From IMG/VR virus record IMGVR_UViG_2537562012_000007, positions 1-40,599 of that record: a DNA stretch of 40,599 nucleotides. One strand, given 5' to 3'. Below are positions 36,758 to 40,599 of the stretch, one piece after another (positions within the stretch are counted from its first letter, which is position 1; each line of letters starts with the position of its first letter). Under the pieces are notes generated by a model. The model had not been told where the DNA came from and made no database searches. It saw nothing but the letters and a program-made list of their open reading frames with translations. This DNA is from a virus. Taxonomy: Duplodnaviria > Heunggongvirae > Uroviricota > Caudoviricetes. The position numbers were made by a program, and so were the translations under genes.

Positions 36758-39700
36758 ATGGGTAAAGGCAGCAGTAAGGGGCATACCCCGCGCGAAGCGA
36801 AGGACAACCTGAAGTCCACGCAGTTGCTGAGTGTGATCGATGCCATCAGCGAAGGGCCGATTGAAGGTCCGGTGGATGGATTAAAAAGCGTGCTGCTGAA
36901 CAGTACGCCGGTGCTGGACAGTGAGGGGAATACCAATATATCCGGCGTCACGGTGGTGTTCCGGGCAGGTGAGCAGGAGCAGACACCGCCGGAGGGATTT
37001 GAATCCTCCGGCTCCGAGACGGTGCTGGGTACGGAAGTGAAATATGACACGCCGATCACCCGGACCATCACGTCGGCAAACATTGACCGTCTGCGTTTTA
37101 CTTTCGGCGTGCAGGCACTGGTGGAAACCACCTCAAAGGGGGACAGGAATCCATCGGAAGTCCGCCTGCTGGTTCAGATACAACGTAACGGTGGCTGGGT
37201 GACGGAAAAAGACATCACCATTAAGGGCAAAACCACCTCACAGTATCTGGCCTCGGTGGTGGTGGATAACCTGCCGCCGCGCCCGTTTAATATCCGGATG
37301 CGCAGGATGACGCCGGACAGCACCACAGACCAGCTGCAGAACAAAACGCTCTGGTCGTCATACACCGAAATTATCGATGTGAAACAGTGCTACCCGAACA
37401 CGGCACTGGTCGGCGTGCAGGTGGACTCGGAGCAGTTCGGCAGCCAGCAGGTGAGCCGTAATTATCATCTGCGCGGGCGTATTCTGCAGGTGCCGTCGAA
37501 TTATAACCCGCAGACGCGGCAATACAGCGGTATCTGGGACGGAACGTTTAAACCGGCATACAGCAACAACATGGCCTGGTGTCTGTGGGATATGCTGACC
37601 CATCCGCGCTACGGCATGGGGAAACGTCTTGGTGCGGATGTGGAAAATGGCGCTGTATATCGGCCAGTACTGCGACCAGTGTCCGAGGTTTGGCGGCACG
37701 GAGCCGCGCATCACCTGTAATGCTCTGACCACACAGCGAAGGCGTGGGATGTCTCAGTGATTTCTGCTCGCGATGCGCTGTATGCCGGTATGGAACGGGC
37801 AGACGCTGACGTTCGTGCAGGACCGACCTCGATAAGGTTGGACCTATAACCGCAGTAATGTGGTGATGCCGGATGATGGGCGCCGTTCCGCTACAGCTTC
37901 AGCGCCCTGAAGGACCGCCATAATGCCGTTGAGGTGAACTGGATTGACCCGAAAACGGCTGGGAGACGGCACAGAGCTTGTGAGAACGCAGGCCATTGCC
38001 CGTTACGGTCGTAAGTCACGAAGATGGATGCTTTGGCTGTACCAGCCGGGGGCAGGCACACCGCGCCGGGCTGTGGCTGATTAAAACAGAACTGCTGGAA
38101 ACGCAGACCGTGGACTTCAGCGTGGGTGCTGAAGGGCTTCGCCATGTACCGGGCGATGTCATTGAAATCTGCGATGATGACTATGCCGGTATCGCACCGG
38201 CGGGCGCGTGCTGGCGGTAACACCAGACCCGGACGCTGACGCTCGACCGTGAAATCACGCTGCCATCTCCGGACCACGCTGATAAGCCTGGTTGACGGGC
38301 AGGGGAGTCCGGTAGCGTGGAGGTCAGTCCGTCACCGACGGCGTGAAGGTGAAAGTGAGCCGTGTTCCTGACGGCGTTGCTGAATACAGCGTTGGGGGCT
38401 GAAGCTGCCGACGTGCGCCAGCGCCTGTTCCGCTGCGTGAGTATCCGTGAGAACGAGACGGCACGTATGCCATCACCGCCGTGCAGCATGTCCGGAAAAG
38501 AGGCCATCGTGGATAACGGGGCGCACTTTGACGGCGACCAGAGCGGCACGGTAATGGTGTCACGCCGCCAGCGGTGCAGCACCTGACCGCAGAAGTCACC
38601 GCAGACAGCGGGGAGTATCAGGTGCTGGCGCGCTGGGACACGCCGAAGGTGGTGAAGGGCGTGAGCTTCCTGCTTCGCCTGACCGTGGCAGCGGATGACG
38701 GCCGTGAGCGGCTGGTCAGCACGGCCCGGACGACGGAAACCACTTACCGCTTCACACAACTGGCTCTGGGGAACTACAGGCTGACAGTCCGGGCAGTAAA
38801 TGCGTGGGGGCAGCAGGGCGATCCGGCGTCGGTATCGTTCCGGATTGCCGCACCGGCAGCGCCGTCGCGGATTGAGCTGACGCCGGGCTATTTTCAGATA
38901 ACCGCCACGCCGCATCTTGCGGTTTATGACCCGACGGTACAGTTTGAGTTCTGGTTCTCGGAAAAACGGATTGCGGATATCAGGCAGGTTGAAACCAGCG
39001 CGCGTTATCTTGGTACGGCACTGTACTGGATAGCCGCCAGTATCAATATCAAACCGGGCCATGATTATTATTTTTACGTTCGCAGTGTGAACACCGTTGG
39101 CAAATCGGCATTCGTGGAGGCTGTCGATCAGCCGAGTGATGATGCATCAGGCTATCTGGATTTTTTCAAAGGCGAGATAGGGAAAACCCATCTGGCTCAG
39201 GAGCTGTGGACGCAGATTGATAACGGTCAGCTTGCGCCTGACCTGACTGAAATCAGGACGTCCATAACGGATGTCAGCAATGAAATAACACAGACCGTCA
39301 ATAAGAAACTGGAAGACCAGAGTGCAGCGATCCAGCAGATACAGAAGGTTCAGGTTGATACAAATAATAACCTGAACAGCATGTGGGCAGTGAAGCTGCA
39401 GCAGATGCAGGACGGACGCCTTTATATTGCGGGTATCGGTGCCGGTATTGAGAACACCCCTGACGGCATGCAGAGTCAGGTGCTGCTGGCAGCAGACAGG
39501 ATTGCGATGATTAATCCTGCGAATGGCAACACAAAGCCGATGTTTGTTGGTCAGGGCGATCAGATATTCATGAATGAAGTGTTCCTGAAACGCCTGACGG
39601 CCCCCACCATTACCAGCGGCGGTAATCCTCCGGCATTTTCCCTGACATCAGACGGGAGACTGACGGCGAAAAATGCGGATATCAGTGGCAGTGTGAATGC

Positions 39701-40211
39701 GAACTCAGGAACGCTCAACAATGTCACGATTAACCAGAACTGTACGATTAAGGGCATGCTGGAGGCGACCCAGGTCAGAGGAGATTTCGTTAAAGCTGTA
39801 TCAAAAGCCTTCCCGAAAAAAGTCGGTACGTGGGGTAACACGGAAACACCAAACGGTACGGTTACAGTCACCATCAGCGATGATCATAACTTTGACCGCC
39901 AGATTATTATTCCGCCCATTATTTTTAACGGTATAGCGTATGACGATCCGGGGAGCGGAAATAACCCAGGAGGCACGCGATACACGGGTTATGGTTTTGA
40001 AGTTCGCAAAAACGGCGTATTAATCGCATCCAGAGAAACTAAAGGGGCCATTCCCGGTAGTTACAGTGCAGTTATTGATATGCCGAGTGGCAGGGGAAGC
40101 GTCACTCTGGAGTTTAAGATTTTCCAGAAAGGCAATCAGGGGGCAGGCAATATCACCGACTGTACGGTGATTGTGACCAAAAAAGCCGCTTCCGGCATCA
40201 GTATTCGTTGA
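36758..40211 (+). pseudogene. Tail tip / host-specificity protein J, split by multiple frameshifts in its middle section
   Basis: ORFs 36758-37720, 37996-38220, 38362-38586 and 38574-40211 each match consecutive parts of lambda J as recalled; between about 37640 and 38600 the reading frame changes repeatedly. Confidence 0.75.
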
Positions 40212-40232
40212 CATATTTATAACCCCAATAAA

Positions 40233-40257
40233 GGGCGTCAGGAATGACGCCTTTTTT
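40233..40257 (+). terminator. Rho-independent terminator after J
   Basis: GGCGTCA-GGAA-TGACGCC followed by TTTTTT. Confidence 0.7.
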
Positions 40258-40281
40258 ATTGCAGAAAAGCGAGAGGTAATT

Positions 40282-40599
40282 ATGCGTAAAGTTTGTGCAG
40301 CAATTTTGTCCGCAGCCATTTGTCTGGCCGTATCCGGTGCGCCTGCATGGGCGTCTGAACATCAGTCCACGCTGAGCGCGGGGTATCTTCATGCCTCGAC
40401 GAACGTTCCCGGCAGTGATGATCTGAACGGGATTAACGTGAAATACCGTTATGAGTTTACGGACACACTGGGGCTGGAGACGTCGTTCAGCTATGCAGGA
40501 GACAAGAATCGCCAGCTGACCCGTTACAGCGATACCCGCTGGCATGAAGATTCCGTTCGTAACCGCTGGTTCAGCGTAATGGCGGGGCCGTCTGTGCGC
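40282..40599 (+). CDS. lom: Lom/Ail/OmpX-family outer membrane protein (3' end beyond window)
   Basis: MRKVCAAILSAAICLAVSGAPAWA signal peptide, then GINVKYRYEF ... SVMAGP resembling lambda Lom; GAGAGG RBS; absent from the track because no stop lies within the window. Confidence 0.7.
   Translation, partial: MRKVCAAILSAAICLAVSGAPAWASEHQSTLSAGYLHASTNVPGSDDLNGINVKYRYEFTDTLGLETSFSYAGDKNRQLTRYSDTRWHEDSVRNRWFSVMAGPSVR

Noticed and set aside
38181-39062. 293-aa minus-strand ORF
   Set aside because: Antisense to J; shadow ORF.

Overview
The window is almost entirely one lambdoid prophage, read from the integrase (window start) to a lom-like gene (window end); both attachment sites lie outside it. 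It is a mosaic. Left arm (minus strand): integrase, excisionase-like gene, a large exonuclease, and a Qin-like cell-division module (ydfA/B/C-like small genes, DicF sRNA, dicB, ydfD). Immunity: a leaderless LexA/S24-type cI-like repressor facing cro-like and ydaT-like genes, with GTTTT-N6-AAAAC operator-like repeats. Replication: an O-like initiator with internal iterons. A low-GC (by eye) accessory cassette then sits where a helicase-loader gene would be expected: a ParA-like ATPase, a small acidic protein and an XRE-HTH/ImmA metallopeptidase fusion; this is my main candidate for a previously undescribed system. After DUF968-like, rusA and a quuD-type Q comes a second candidate, a translationally coupled three-gene membrane-protein operon on the minus strand at the position Shiga toxin occupies in Stx phages. 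Then a promoter, four tRNAs, a phage-21-type lysis cassette (S21 dual-start pinholin, SAR endolysin, Rz/Rz1), a lambda-like cos, and a lambda-like morphogenesis block in canonical order (Nu1, A, W, B, C/Nu3, D, E, FI, FII, Z, U, V, G/G-T, H, M, L, K, I, J). J carries a localized cluster of frameshifting indels. All protein identifications are from reading the translations against remembered family members; no database search was run.
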